Source: the human T2T-CHM13v2.0 reference genome, Homo sapiens
DNA: 64,000 nucleotides
Assembly (NCBI RefSeq): GCF_009914755.1
Contig: NC_060929.1
Reading direction: 5' to 3' (one strand)
In this document: positions 51,001 to 64,000 of the stretch, piece after piece
Layout of the letters: each line of letters opens with the position of its first letter
Numbering within the stretch: position 1 is the stretch's first letter
The notes under the pieces: generated by a model
Seen by the model: the letters and a program-made list of their open reading frames with translations, nothing else
Databases searched by the model: none
What the model was told of the DNA's origin: nothing
Made by a program: the position numbers and the translations under genes

Positions 51001-54000
51001 GACCACTTAGAGGCCTTCGTTGGAAACGGGTTTTTTTCATATAAGGCTAGACAGAAGAATTCCCAGTAACTTCCTTGTGTTGTGTGTGTTCAACTCACAG
51101 AGTTGAACTTTCATTTACACAGAGCAGATTTGAAACACTCTTTTTGTGGAATTTGCAAATGGAGATTTCAAGCGCTTTGAGGCCAAAGGCAGAAAAGGAA
51201 ATATCTTCGTATAAAAACTAGACAGAATCATTCTCAGAAACTGCTCTGCGATGTGTGCGTTCAACTCTCAGAGTTTAACTTTTCTTTTCATTCAGCAGTT
51301 TGGAAACACTCTGTTTGTAAAGTCTGCACGTGGATAATTTGACCACTTAGAGGCCTTCGTTGGAAACGGGTTTTTTTCATGTAAGGCTAGACAGAAGAAT
51401 TCTCAGTAACTTCCTTGTGTTGTGTGTATTCAACTCACACAGTTGAACGATCCTTTACACAGAGCAGACTTGTAACACTCTTTTTGTGGAATTTGCAAGT
51501 GGAGATTTCAGCCGCTTTGAAGTCAAATGTAGAAAAGGAAATATCTTCCTATAAAAACTAGACAGAATGATTCTCAGAAACTCCTTTGTGATGTGTGCGT
51601 TCAACTCACAGAGTTTAACCCTTCTTTTCATAGAGCAGTTAGGAAACACTCTGTTTGTAAAGTCTGCAAGTGGATATTCAGACCTCTTTGAAGCCTTCGT
51701 TGGAAACGGGTTTTTTTCATATAAGGCTAGACAGAAGAATTCCCAGTAACTTCCTTGTGTTGTGTGTGTTCAACTCACAGAGTTGAACTTTCATTTACAC
51801 AGAGCAGATTTGAAACACTCTTTTTGTGGAATTTGCAAGTGGAGATTTCAAGCGCTTTGAGGCCAAAGGCAGAAAAGGAAATATCTTCGTATAAAAACTA
51901 GACAGAATCATTCTCAGAAACTGCTCTGTGATGTGTGCGTTCAACTCTCAGAGTTTAACTTTTCTTTTCATTCAGCAGTTTGGAAACACTCTGTTTGTAA
52001 AGTCTGCACGTGGATAATTTGACCACTTAGAGGCCTTCGTTGGAAACGGGTTTTTTTCATGTAAGGCTAGACAGAAGAGTTCTCAGTAACTTCCTTGTGT
52101 TGTGTGTATTCAACTCACAGAGTTGAACGATCCTTTACACAGAGCAGACTTGTAACACTCTTTTTGTGGAATTTGCAAGTGGAGATTTCAGCCGCTTTGA
52201 AGTCAAAGTAGAAAAGGAAATATCTTCCTATAAAAACTAGACAGAATGATTCTCAGAAACTCCTTTGTGATGTGTGCGTTCAACTCACAGAGTTTAACCT
52301 TTCTTTTCATAGAGCAGTTAGGAAACACTCTGTTTGTAAAGTCTGCAAGTGGATATTCAGACCTCTTTGAGGCCTTCGTTGGAAACGGGTTTTTTTCATA
52401 TAAGGCTAGACAGAAGAATTCCCAGTAACTTCCTTGTGTTGTGTGTGTTCAACTCACAGAGTTGAACTTTCATTTACACAGAGCAGATTTGAAACACTCT
52501 TTTTGTGGAATTTGCAGGTGGAGATTTCAAGCGCTTTGAGGCCAAAGGCAGAAAAGGAAATATCTTCGTATAAAAACTAGACAGAATCATTCTCAGAAAC
52601 TGCTCTGCGATGTGTGCGTTCAACTCTCAGAGTTTAACTTTGCTTTTCATTCAGCAGTTTGGAAACACTCTGTTTGTAATGTCTGCACGTGGATAATTTG
52701 ACCACTTAGAGGCATTCGTTGGAAACGGGTTTTTTTCATGTAAGGCTAGACAGAAGAATTCTCAGTAACTTCCTTGTGTTGTGTGTATTCAACTCACAGA
52801 GTTGAACGAACCTTTACACAGAGCAGACTTGTAACACTCTTTTTGTGGAATTTGCAAGTGGAGATTTCAGCCGCTTTGAAGTCAAAGGTAGAAAAGGAAA
52901 TATCTTCCTATAAAAACTAGACAGAATGATTCTCAGAAACTCCTTTGTGATGTGTGCGTTCAACTCACAGAGTTTAACCTTTCTTTTCATAGAGCAGTTA
53001 GGAAACACTCTGTTTGTAAAGTCTGCAAGTGGATATTCAGACCTCTTTGAGGCCTTCGTTGGAAACGGGTTTTTTTCATATAAGGCTAGACAGAAGAATT
53101 CCCAGTAACTTCCTTGTGTTGTGTGTGTTCAACTCACAGAGTTGAACTTTCATTTACACAGAGCAGATTTGAAACACTCTTTTTGTGGAATTTGCAAATG
53201 GAGATTTCAAGCGCTTTGAGGCCAAAGGCAGAAAAGGAAATATCTTCGTATAAAAACTAGACAGAATCATTCTCAGAAACTGCTCTGCGATGTGTGCGTT
53301 CAACTCTCAGAGTTTAACTTTGCTTTTCATTCAGCAGTTTGGAAACACTCTGTTTGTAAAGTCTGCACGTGGATAATTTGACCACTTAGAGGCCTTCGTT
53401 GGAAACGGGTTTTTTTCATGTAAGGCTAGACAGAAGAATTCTCAGTAACTTCCTTGTGTTGTGTGTATTCAACTCACAGAGTTGAACGATCCTTTACACA
53501 GAGCAGACTTGTAACACTCTTTTTGTGGAATTTGCAAGTGGAGATTTCAGCCGCTTTGAAGTCAAAGGTAGAAAAGGAAATATCTTCCTATAAAAACTAG
53601 ACAGAATGATTCTCAGAAACTCCTTTGTGATGTGTGCGTTCAACTCACAGAGTTTAACCTTTCTTTTCATAGAGCAGTTAGGAAACACTCTGCTTGTAAA
53701 GTCTGCAAGTGGATATTCAGCCCTCTTTGAGGCCTTCGTTGGAAACGGGTTTTTTTCATATAAGGCTAGACAGAAGAATTCCCAGTAACTTCCTTGTGTT
53801 GTGTGTGTTCAACTCACAGAGTTGAACTTTGATTTACACAGAGCAGATTTGAAACACTCTTTTTGTGGAATTTGCAAGTGGAGATTTCAAGCGCTTTGAG
53901 GCCAAAGGCAGAAAAGGAAATATCTTCGTATAAAAACTAGACAGAATCATTCTCAGAAACTGCTCTGCGATGTGTGCGTTCAACTCTCAGAGTTTAACTT

Positions 54001-57000
54001 TTCTTTTCATTCAGCAGTTTGGAAACACTCTGTTTGTAAAGTCTGCACGTGGATATTTTGACCACTTAGAGGCCTTCGTTGGAAACGGGTTTTTTTCCTG
54101 TAAGGCTAGACAGAAGAATTCCCAGTAACTTCCTTGTGTTGTGTACATTCAACTCACAGAGTTGAACGTTCCCTTAGACAGAGCAGATTTGAAACACTCT
54201 TTTTGTGCAATTGGCAAGTGGAGATTTCAAGCGCTTTAAGGTCAATGGCAGAAAAGGAAATATCTTCGTTTCAAAACTAGACAGAATCATTCCCACAAAC
54301 TGCGTTGTGATGTGTTCGTTCATCTCACAGAGTTTAACCTTTCTTTTCATAGAGCAGTTAGGAAACACTCTGTTTGTAAATTCTGTAAGTGGATATTCTG
54401 ACATCTTGTGGCCTTCGTTGGAAACGGGATTTCTTCATATTCTGCTAGACAGAAGAATTCTCAGAATCTTCCTTGTGTTGTGTGTATTCAACTCACACAG
54501 TTGAACGATGGTTTACACAGAGCAGATTTGAAACACTCTTTTTGTGGAATTTGCAAGTGGAGATTTCAGCCGCGTTGAGGTCAATGGTAGAAAAGGAAAT
54601 ATCTTCGTATAAAAACTAGACAGCATGATTCTCAGAAACTCCTTTGTGATGTGTGTGTTCAACTCACAGAGTTTAACCTTTCTTTTCATAGAGCAGTTAG
54701 GAAACACTCTGTTTGTAAAGTCTGCAAGTGGATATTCAGACCTCTTTGAGGCCTTCGTTGGAAACGGGTTTTTTTCATATAAGGCTAGACAGAAGAATTC
54801 CCAGTAACTTCCTTGTGTTGTGTGTGTTCAACTCACAGAGTTGAACTTTCATTTACACAGAGCAGATTTGAAACACTCTTTTTGTGGAATTTGCAGGTGG
54901 AGATTTCAAGCGCTTTGAGGCCAAAGGCAGAAAAGGAAATATCTTCGTATAAAAACTAGACAGAATCATTCTCAGAAACTGCTCTGCGATGTGTGCGTTC
55001 AACTCTCAGAGTTTAACTTTTCTTTTCATTCAGCAGTTTGGAAACACTCTGTTTGTAAAGTCTGCACGTGGATAACTTGACCACTTAGAGGCCTTCGTTG
55101 GAAACGGGTTTTTTTCATATAAGGCTAGACAGAAGAATTCCCAGTAACTTCCTTGTGTTGTGTGTGTTCAACTCACAGAGTTGAACTTTCATTTACACAG
55201 AGCAGATTTGAAACACTCTTTTTGTGGAATTTGCAAATGGAGATTTCAAGCGCTTTGAGGCCAAAGGCAGAAAAGGAAATATCTTCGTATAAAAACTAGA
55301 CAGAATCATTCTCAGAAACTGCTCTGCGATGTGTGCGTTCAACTCTCAGAGTTTAACTTTTCTTTTCATTCAGCAGTTTGGAAACACTCTGTTTGTAAAG
55401 TCTGCACGTGGATAATTTGACCACTTAGAGGCCTTCGTTGGAAACGGGTTTTTTTCATGTAAGGCTAGACAGAAGAATTCTCAGTAACTTCCTTGTGTTG
55501 TGTGTATTCAACTCACACAGTTGAACGATCCTTTACACAGAGCAGACTTGTAACACTCTTTTTGTGGAATTTGCAAGTGGAGATTTCAGCCGCTTTGAAG
55601 TCAAATGTAGAAAAGGAAATATCTTCCTATAAAAACTAGACAGAATGATTCTCAGAAACTCCTTTGTGATGTGTGCGTTCAACTCACAGAGTTTAACCCT
55701 TCTTTTCATAGAGCAGTTAGGAAACACTCTGTTTGTAAAGTCTGCAAGTGGATATTCAGACCTCTTTGAAGCCTTCGTTGGAAACGGGTTTTTTTCATAT
55801 AAGGCTAGACAGAAGAATTCCCAGTAACTTCCTTGTGTTGTGTGTGTTCAACTCACAGAGTTGAACTTTCATTTACACAGAGCAGATTTGAAACACTCTT
55901 TTTGTGGAATTTGCAAGTGGAGATTTCAAGCGCTTTGAGGCCAAAGGCAGAAAAGGAAATATCTTCGTATAAAAACTAGACAGAATCATTCTCAGAAACT
56001 GCTCTGTGATGTGTGCGTTCAACTCTCAGAGTTTAACTTTTCTTTTCATTCAGCAGTTTGGAAACACTCTGTTTGTAAAGTCTGCACGTGGATAATTTGA
56101 CCACTTAGAGGCCTTCGTTGGAAACGGGTTTTTTTCATGTAAGGCTAGACAGAAGAGTTCTCAGTAACTTCCTTGTGTTGTGTGTATTCAACTCACAGAG
56201 TTGAACGATCCTTTACACAGAGCAGACTTGTAACACTCTTTTTGTGGAATTTGCAAGTGGAGATTTCAGCCGCTTTGAAGTCAAAGTAGAAAAGGAAATA
56301 TCTTCCTATAAAAACTAGACAGAATGATTCTCAGAAACTCCTTTGTGATGTGTGCGTTCAACTCACAGAGTTTAACCTTTCTTTTCATAGAGCAGTTAGG
56401 AAACACTCTGTTTGTAAAGTCTGCAAGTGGATATTCAGACCTCTTTGAGGCCTTCGTTGGAAACGGGTTTTTTTCATATAAGGCTAGACAGAAGAATTCC
56501 CAGTAACTTCCTTGTGTTGTGTGTGTTCAACTCACAGAGTTGAACTTTCATTTACACAGAGCAGATTTGAAACACTCTTTTTGTGGAATTTGCAGGTGGA
56601 GATTTCAAGCGCTTTGAGGCCAAAGGCAGAAAAGGAAATATCTTCGTATAAAAACTAGACAGAATCATTCTCAGAAACTGCTCTGCGATGTGTGCGTTCA
56701 ACTCTCAGAGTTTAACTTTTCTTTTCATTCAGCAGTTTGGAAACACTCTGTTTGTAAAGTCTGCACGTGGATAATTTGACCACTTAGAGGCCTTCGTTGG
56801 AAACGGGTTTTTTTCATGTAAGGCTAGACAGAAGAATTCTCAGTAACTTCCTTGTGTTGTGTGTATTCAACTCACAGAGTTGAACGATCCTTTACACAGA
56901 GCAGACTTGTAACACTCTTTTTGTGGAATTTGCAAGTGGAGATTTCAGCCGCTTTGAAGTCAAAGGTAGAAAAGGAAATATCTTCCTATAAAAACTAGAC

Positions 57001-60000
57001 AGAATGATTCTCAGAAACTCCTTTGTGATGTGTGCGTTCAACTCACAGAATTTAACCTTTCTTTTCATAGAGCAGTTAGGAAACACTCTGCTTGTAAAGT
57101 CTGCAAGTGGATATTCAGCCCTCTTTGAGGCCTTCGTTGGAAACGGGTTTTTTTCATATAAGGCTAGACAGAAGAATTCCCAGTAACTTCCTTGTGTTGT
57201 GTGTGTTCAACTCACAGAGTTGAACTTTGATTTACACAGAGCAGATTTGAAACACTCTTTTTGTGGAATTTGCAAGTGGAGATTTCAAGCGCTTTGAGGC
57301 CAAAGGCAGAAAAGGAAATATCTTCGTATAAAAACTAGACAGAATCATTCTCAGAAACTGCTCTGCGATGTGTGCGTTCAACTCTCAGAGTTTAACTTTT
57401 CTTTTCATTCAGCCCTTTGGAAACACTCTGTTTGTAAAGTCTGCACGTGGATATTTTGACCACTTAGAGGCCTTCGTTGGAAACGGGTTTTTTTCCTGTA
57501 AGGCTAGACAGAAGAATTCCCAGTAACTTCCTTGTGTTGTGTACATTCAACTCACAGAGTTGAACGTTCCCTTAGACAGAGCAGATTTGAAACACTCTTT
57601 TTGTGCAATTGGCAAGTGGAGATTTCAAGCGCTTTAAGGTCAATGGCAGAAAAGGAAATATCTTCGTTTCAAAACTAGACAGAATCATTCCCACAAACTG
57701 CGTTGTGATGTGTTCGTTCATCTCACAGAGTTTAACCTTTCTTTTCATAGAGCAGTTAGGAAACACTCTGTTTGTAAATTCTGTAAGTGGATATTCTGAC
57801 ATCTTGTGGCCTTCGTTGGAAACGGGATTTCTTCATATTCTGCTAGACAGAAGAATTCTCAGAATCTTCCTTGTGTTGTGTGTATTCAACTCACACAGTT
57901 GAACGATGGTTTACACAGAGCAGATTTGAAACACTCTTTTTGTGGAATTTGCAAGTGGAGATTTCAGCCGCGTTGAGGTCAATGGTAGAAAAGGAAATAT
58001 CTTCGTATAAAAACTAGACAGCATGATTCTCAGAAACTCCTTTGTGATGTGTGTGTTCAACTCACAGAGTTTAACCTTTCTTTTCATAGAGCAGTTAGGA
58101 AACACTCTGTTTGTAAAGTCTGCAAGTGGATATTCAGACCTCTTTGAGGCCTTCGTTGGAAACGGGTTTTTTTCATATAAGGCTAGACAGAAGAATTCCC
58201 AGTAACTTCCTTGTGTTGTGTGTGTTCAACTCACAGAGTTGAACTTTCATTTACACAGAGCAGATTTGAAACACTCTTTTTGTGGAATTTGCAGGTGGAG
58301 ATTTCAAGCGCTTTGAGGCCAAAGGCAGAAAAGGAAATATCTTCGTATAAAAACTAGACAGAATCATTCTCAGAAACTGCTCTGCGATGTGTGCGTTCAA
58401 CTCTCAGAGTTTAACTTTTCTTTTCATTCAGCAGTTTGGAAAAACTCTGTTTGTAAAGTCTGCACGTGGATAACTTGACCACTTAGAGGCCTTCGTTGGA
58501 AACGGGTTTTTTTCATATAAGGCTAGACAGAAGAATTCCCAGTAACTTCCTTGTGTTGTGTGTGTTCAACTCACAGAGTTGAACTTTCATTTACACAGAG
58601 CAGATTTGAAACACTCTTTTTGTGGAATTTGCAAATGGAGATTTCAAGCGCTTTGAGGCCAAAGGCAGAAAAGGAAATATCTTCGTATAAAAACTAGACA
58701 GAATCATTCTCAGAAACTGCTCTGCGATGTGTGCGTTCAACTCTCAGAGTTTAACTTTTCTTTTCATTCAGCAGTTTGGAAACACTCTGTTTGTAAAGTC
58801 TGCACGTGGATAATTTGACCACTTAGAGGCCTTCGTTGGAAACGGGTTTTTTTCATGTAAGGCTAGACAGAAGAATTCTCAGTAACTTCCTTGTGTTGTG
58901 TGTATTCAACTCACACAGTTGAACGATCCTTTACACAGAGCAGACTTGTAACACTCTTTTTGTGGAATTTGCAAGTGGAGATTTCAGCCGCTTTGAAGTC
59001 AAATGTAGAAAAGGAAATATCTTCCTATAAAAACTAGACAGAATGATTCTCAGAAACTCCTTTGTGATGTGTGCGTTCAACTCACAGAGTTTAACCCTTC
59101 TTTTCATAGAGCAGTTAGGAAACACTCTGTTTGTAAAGTCTGCAAGTGGATATTCAGACCTCTTTGAAGCCTTCGTTGGAAACGGGTTTTTTTCATATAA
59201 GGCTAGACAGAAGAATTCCCAGTAACTTCCTTGTGTTGTGTGTGTTCAACTCACAGAGTTGAACTTTCATTTACACAGAGCAGATTTGAAACACTCTTTT
59301 TGTGGAATTTGCAAGTGGAGATTTCAAGCGCTTTGAGGCCAAAGGCAGAAAAGGAAATATCTTCGTATAAAAACTAGACAGAATCATTCTCAGAAACTGC
59401 TCTGTGATGTGTGCGTTCAACTCTCAGAGTTTAACTTTTCTTTTCATTCAGCAGTTTGGAAACACTCTGTTTGTAAAGTCTGCACGTGGATAATTTGACC
59501 ACTTAGAGGCCTTCGTTGGAAACGGGTTTTTTTCATGTAAGGCTAGACAGAAGAGTTCTCAGTAACTTCCTTGTGTTGTGTGTATTCAACTCACAGAGTT
59601 GAACGATCCTTTACACAGAGCAGACTTGTAACACTCTTTTTGTGGAATTTGCAAGTGGAGATTTCAGCCGCTTTGAAGTCAAAGTAGAAAAGGAAATATC
59701 TTCCTATAAAAACTAGACAGAATGATTCTCAGAAACTCCTTTGTGATGTGTGCGTTCAACTCACAGAGTTTAACCTTTCTTTTCATAGAGCAGTTAGGAA
59801 ACACTCTGTTTGTAAAGTCTGCAAGTGGATATTCAGACCTCTTTGAGGCCTTCGTTGGAAACGGGTTTTTTTCATATAAGGCTAGACAGAAGAATTCCCA
59901 GTAACTTCCTTGTGTTGTGTGTGTTCAACTCACAGAGTTGAACTTTCATTTACACAGAGCAGATTTGAAACACTCTTTTTGTGGAATTTGCAGGTGGAGA

Positions 60001-60117
60001 TTTCAAGCGCTTTGAGGCCAAAGGCAGAAAAGGAAATATCTTCGTATAAAAACTAGACAGAATCATTCTCAGAAACTGCTCTGCGATGTGTGCGTTCAAC
60101 TCTCAGAGTTTAACTTT
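45045..60117 (+). repeat. Tandem duplication, period 7476 bp (44 monomers), each copy containing an inner 3398-bp tandem duplication
   Basis: Seen: TAATGTCT 45204/52680, GGCATTCG 45238/52714, CAGAATTT 49574/57050, CAGCCCTTT 49938/57414, GGAAAAACT 50967/58443. Inner marker CAGCATG is at 47148, 50546, 54624 and 58022. Confidence 0.94.
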
Positions 60118-63100
60118 TCTTTTCATTCAGCAGTTTGGAAACACTCTGTTTGTAAAGTCTGCACGTGGATAACTTGACCACTTAGAGGCCTTCGTTGGAA
60201 ACGGGTTTTTTTCATGTAAGGTTAGACAGAAGAATTCTCAGTAACTTCCTTGTGTTGTGTGTATTCAACTCACAGAGTTGAACGATCCTTTACACAGAGC
60301 AGACTTGTAACACTCTTTTTGTGGAATTTGCAAGTGGAGATTTCAGCCGCTTTGAAGTCAAAGGTAGAAAAGGAAATATCTTCCTATAAAAACTAGACAG
60401 AATGATTCTCAGAAACTCCTTTGTGATGTGTGCGTTCAACTCACAGAGTTTTACCTTTCTTTTCATAGAGCAGTTAGGAAACACTCTGCTTGTAAAGTCT
60501 GCAAGTGGATATTCAGCCCTCTTTGAGGCCTTCGTTGGAAACGGGTTTTTTTCATATAAGGCTAGACAGAAGAATTCCCAGTAACTTCCTTGTGTTGTGT
60601 GTGTTCAACTCACAGAGTTGAACTTTCATTTACACAGAGCAGATTTGAAACACTCTTTTTGTGGAATTTGCAAGTGGAGATTTCAAGCGCTTTGAGGCCA
60701 AAGGCAGAAAAGGAAATATCTTCGTATAAAAACTAGACAGAATCATTCTCAGAAACTGCTCTGCGATGTGTGCGTTCAACTCTCAGAGTTTAACTTTTCT
60801 TTTCATTCAGCAGTTTGGAAACACTCTGTTTGTAAAGTCTGCACGTGGATATTTTGACCACTTAGAGGCCTTCGTTGGAAACGGGTTTTTTTCCTGTAAG
60901 GCTAGACAGAAGAATTCCCAGTAACTTCCTTGTGTTGTGTACATTCAACTCACAGAGTTGAACGTTCCCTTAGACAGAGCAGATTTGAAACACTCTTTTT
61001 GTGCAATTGGCAAGTGGAGATTTCAAGCGCTTTAAGGTCAATGGCAGAAAAGGAAATATCTTCGTTTCAAAACTAGACAGAATCATTCCCACAAACTGCG
61101 TTGTGATGTGTTCGTTCATCTCACAGAGTTTAACCTTTCTTTTCATAGAGCAGTTAGGAAACACTCTGTTTGTAAATTCTGTAAGTGGATATTCTGACAT
61201 CTTGTGGCCTTCGTTGGAAACGGGATTTCTGCATATTCTGCTAGACAGAAGAATTCTCAGAATCTTCCTTGTGTTGTGTGTATTCAACTCACACAGTTGA
61301 ACGATGGTTTACACAGAGCAGATTTGAAACACTCTTTTTGTGGAATTTGCAAGTGGAGATTTCAGCCGCTTTGAGGTCAATGGTAGAAAAGGAAATATCT
61401 TCGTATAAAAACTAGACAGAATGATTCTCAGAAACTTCTTTGTGATGTGTGCGTTCAACTCACAGAGTTTAACCTTTCTTTTCATAGAGCAGTTAGGAAA
61501 CACTCTGTTTGTAAACTCTGCAAGTGGATATTCAGACCTCTTTGAGGCCTTCGTTGGAAACGGGATTTCTTCATACTGTGCTAGACAGAAGAATTCTCAG
61601 TAACTTCCTTGTGTTGTGTGTATTCAACTCACAGAGTTGAACGATCCTTTACACAGAGCAGACTTGAAACACTCTTTTTGTGGAATTTGCAAGTGGAGAT
61701 TTCAGCCGCGTTGAGGTCAATGGTAGAAAAGGAAATATCTTCGTATAAAAACTAGACAGAATGATTCTCAGAAACTCCTTTGAGATGTGTGTGTTCAACT
61801 CACAGAGTTTAACCTTTCTTTTCATAGAGCAGTTAGGAATCACACTGTTTGTAAAGTCTGCAAGTGGATATTCAGACCTCTTTGAGGCCTTCGTTGGAAA
61901 CGGGTTTTTTTCATATAAGGCTAGACAGAAGAATTCCCAGTAACTTCCTTGTGTTGTGTGTGTTCAACTCACAGAGTTGAACTTTGATTTACACAGAGCA
62001 GATTTGAAACACTCTTTTTGTGGAATTTGCAAGTGGAGATTTCAAGCGCTTTGAGGCCAAAGGCAGAAAAGGAAATATCTTCGTATAAAAACTAGACAGA
62101 ATCATTCTCAGAAACTGCTCTGCGATGTGTGCGTTCAACTCTCAGAGTTTAACTTTTCTTTTCATTCAGCAGTTTGGAAACACTCTGTTTGTAAAGTCTG
62201 CACGTGGATATTTTGACCACTTAGAGGCCTTCGTTGGAAACGGGTTTTTTTCCTGTAAGGCTAGACAGAAGAATTCCCAGTAACTTCCTTGTGTTGTGTA
62301 CATTCAACTCACAGAGTTGAACGTTCCCTTAGACAGAGCAGATTTGAAACACTCTTTTTGTGCAATTGGCAAGTGGAGATTTCAAGCGCTTTAAGGTCAA
62401 TGGCAGAAAAGGAAATATCTTCGTTTCAAAACTAGACAGAATCATTCCCACAAACTGCGTTGTGATGTGTTCGTTCATCTCACAGAGTTTAACCTTTCTT
62501 TTCATAGAGCAGTTAGGAAACACTCTGTTTGTAAATTCTGTAAGTGGATATTCTGACATCTTGTGGCCTTCGTTGGAAACGGGATTTCTTCATATTCTGC
62601 TAGACAGAAGAATTCTCAGAATCTTCCTTGTGTTGTGTGTATTCAACTCACACAGTTGAACGATGGTTTACACAGAGCAGATTTGAAACACTCTTTTTGT
62701 GGAATTTGCAAGTGGAGATTTCAGCCGCTTTGAGGTCAATGGTAGAAAAGGAAATATCTTCATATAAAAACTAGACAGAATGATTCTCAGAAACTTCTTT
62801 GTGATGTGTGCGTTCAACTCACAGAGTTTAACCTTTCTTTTCATAGAGCAGTTAGGAAACACTCTGTTTGTAAACTCTGCAAGTGGATATTCAGACCTCT
62901 GTGAGGCCTTCGTTGGAAACGGGATTTCTTCATACTGTGCTAGACAGAAGAATTCTCAGTAACTTCCTTGTGTTGTGTGTATTCAACTCACAGAGTTGAA
63001 CGATCCTTTACACAGAGCAGACTTGAAACACTCTTTTTGTGGAATTTGCAAGTGGAGATTTCAGCCGCGTTGAGGTCAATGGTAGAAAAGGAAATATCTT

Positions 63101-64000
63101 CGTATAAAAACTAGACAGAATGATTCTCAGAAACTCCTTTGAGATGTGTGTGTTCAACTCACAGAGTTTAACCTTTCTTTTCATAGAGCAGTTAGGAATC
63201 ACTCTGTTTGTAAAGTCTGCAAGTGGATATTCAGACCTCTTTGAGGCCTTCGTTGGAAACGGGTTTTTTTCATATAAGGCTAGACAGAAGAATTCCCAGT
63301 AACTTCCTTGTGTTGTGTGTGTTCAACTCACAGAGTTGAACTTTCATTTACACAGAGCAGATTTGAAACACTCTTTTTGTGGAATTTGCAAATGGAGATT
63401 TCAAGCGCTTTGGGGCCAAAGGCAGAAAAGGAAATATCTTCGTATAAAAACTAGACAGAATCATTCTCAGAAACTGCTCTGCGATGTGTGCGTTCAACTC
63501 TCAGAGTTTAACTTTTCTTTTCATTCAGCAGTTTGGAAACACTCTGTTTGTAAAGTCTGCACGTGGATAATTTGACCACTTAGAGGCCTTCGTTGGAAAC
63601 GGGTTTTTTTCATGTAAGGCTAGACAGAAGAATTCTCAGTAACTTCCTTGTGTTGTGTGTATTCAACTCACACAGTTGAACGATCCTTTACACAGAGCAG
63701 ACTTGTAACACTCTTTTTGTGGAATTTGCAAGTGGAGATTTCAGCCGCTTTGAAGTCAAATGTAGAAAAGGAAATATCTTCCTATAAAAACTAGACAGAA
63801 TGATTCTCAGAAACTCCTTTGTGATGTGTGCGTTCAACTCACAGAGTTTAACCTTTCTTTTCATAGAGCAGTTAGGAAACACTCTGTTTGTAAAGTCTGC
63901 AAGTGGATATTCAGACCTCTTTGAGGCCTTCGTTGGAAACGGGTTTTTTTCATATAAGGCTAGACAGAAGAATTCCCAGTAACTTCCTTGTGTTGTGTGT

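Larger units (their letters stand above)
1..64000 (+). repeat. Alpha-satellite (alphoid) centromeric tandem array, ~171-bp monomers in ~340-bp A/B dimers (SF1, J1/J2), single orientation, open at both window edges
   Basis: Seen: uninterrupted ~340-bp periodicity with alphoid motifs (CATTCTCAGAAACT, TTCAACTCACAGAGTT, GAAACACTCTTTTTGTGGAATTTGCAAGTGGA), a CENP-B box in every second monomer and GAATTC about once per dimer. Known: the 340-bp EcoRI dimer is the hallmark of human SF1 alpha satellite. Confidence 0.99.
1..64000 (+). repeat. Probable live HOR array S1C1/5/19H1L (D1Z7/D5Z2/D19Z3); chromosome not resolvable by eye
   Basis: Seen: very high copy-to-copy identity, a 1019-bp (340+340+339) hexamer as the shortest Z-to-Z unit, and many dimer-step length variants. 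Known: S1C1/5/19H1L is an SF1 hexamer/dimer-based array with abundant structural variants. The assignment is from recall, not alignment. Confidence 0.75.

Noticed and set aside
63315-63575. Unique 86-aa ORF, and other one-off longer ORFs (19859, 42077, 44580, 60970)
   Set aside because: Each results from a single SNV or indel removing a stop or shifting frame (for example TGAGG>TGGGG near 63413).
489-63982. About 200 ORFs of 60-105 aa on both strands (MILRNSF..., MFPNCSM..., MQLASGD..., MSEYPLT...)
   Set aside because: They recur with the satellite period, overlap on opposite strands, are made or broken by single indels and resemble no protein family I recognise; typical alphoid translation artefacts.
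1-64000. CRISPR-like array or other prokaryotic repeat system
   Set aside because: No unique spacers and no cas-like ORFs; the whole unit repeats and is recognisable alpha satellite.
1-64000. Transposon insertion (L1/Alu) or inversion
   Set aside because: Dimer phase and CENP-B box orientation are continuous; no poly-A tail, target-site duplication or non-alphoid sequence seen.
1-64000. Assignment to a specific chromosome (1, 5 or 19) or to the kinetochore/CDR site
   Set aside because: Needs alignment to T2T assemblies and epigenetic data; not determinable from this sequence by eye.

Overview
The whole 64 kb is primate (very likely human) centromeric alpha-satellite DNA in one orientation, with no genes, RNA genes, transposon insertions or inversions that I can see. 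It is a suprachromosomal family 1 (J1/J2) array of about 340-bp dimers, each with one CENP-B box and usually one EcoRI site. It most resembles the live array shared by chromosomes 1, 5 and 19 (D1Z7/D5Z2/D19Z3, S1C1/5/19H1L). All ORFs in the track are repeat artefacts. Five recurring dimer types (my labels X, Y, Z, D, E) combine into higher-order repeats (HORs) of 6 to 24 monomers. These form recent nested duplications (3.4, 5.4 and 7.5 kb offsets) and older long-range copies (13 to 38 kb offsets). I also see hybrid dimers, SNV clusters and three broken CENP-B boxes. I found no new protein- or RNA-based system; the interest lies in array evolution. Variants were read by eye, so counts are lower bounds and breakpoints are approximate.
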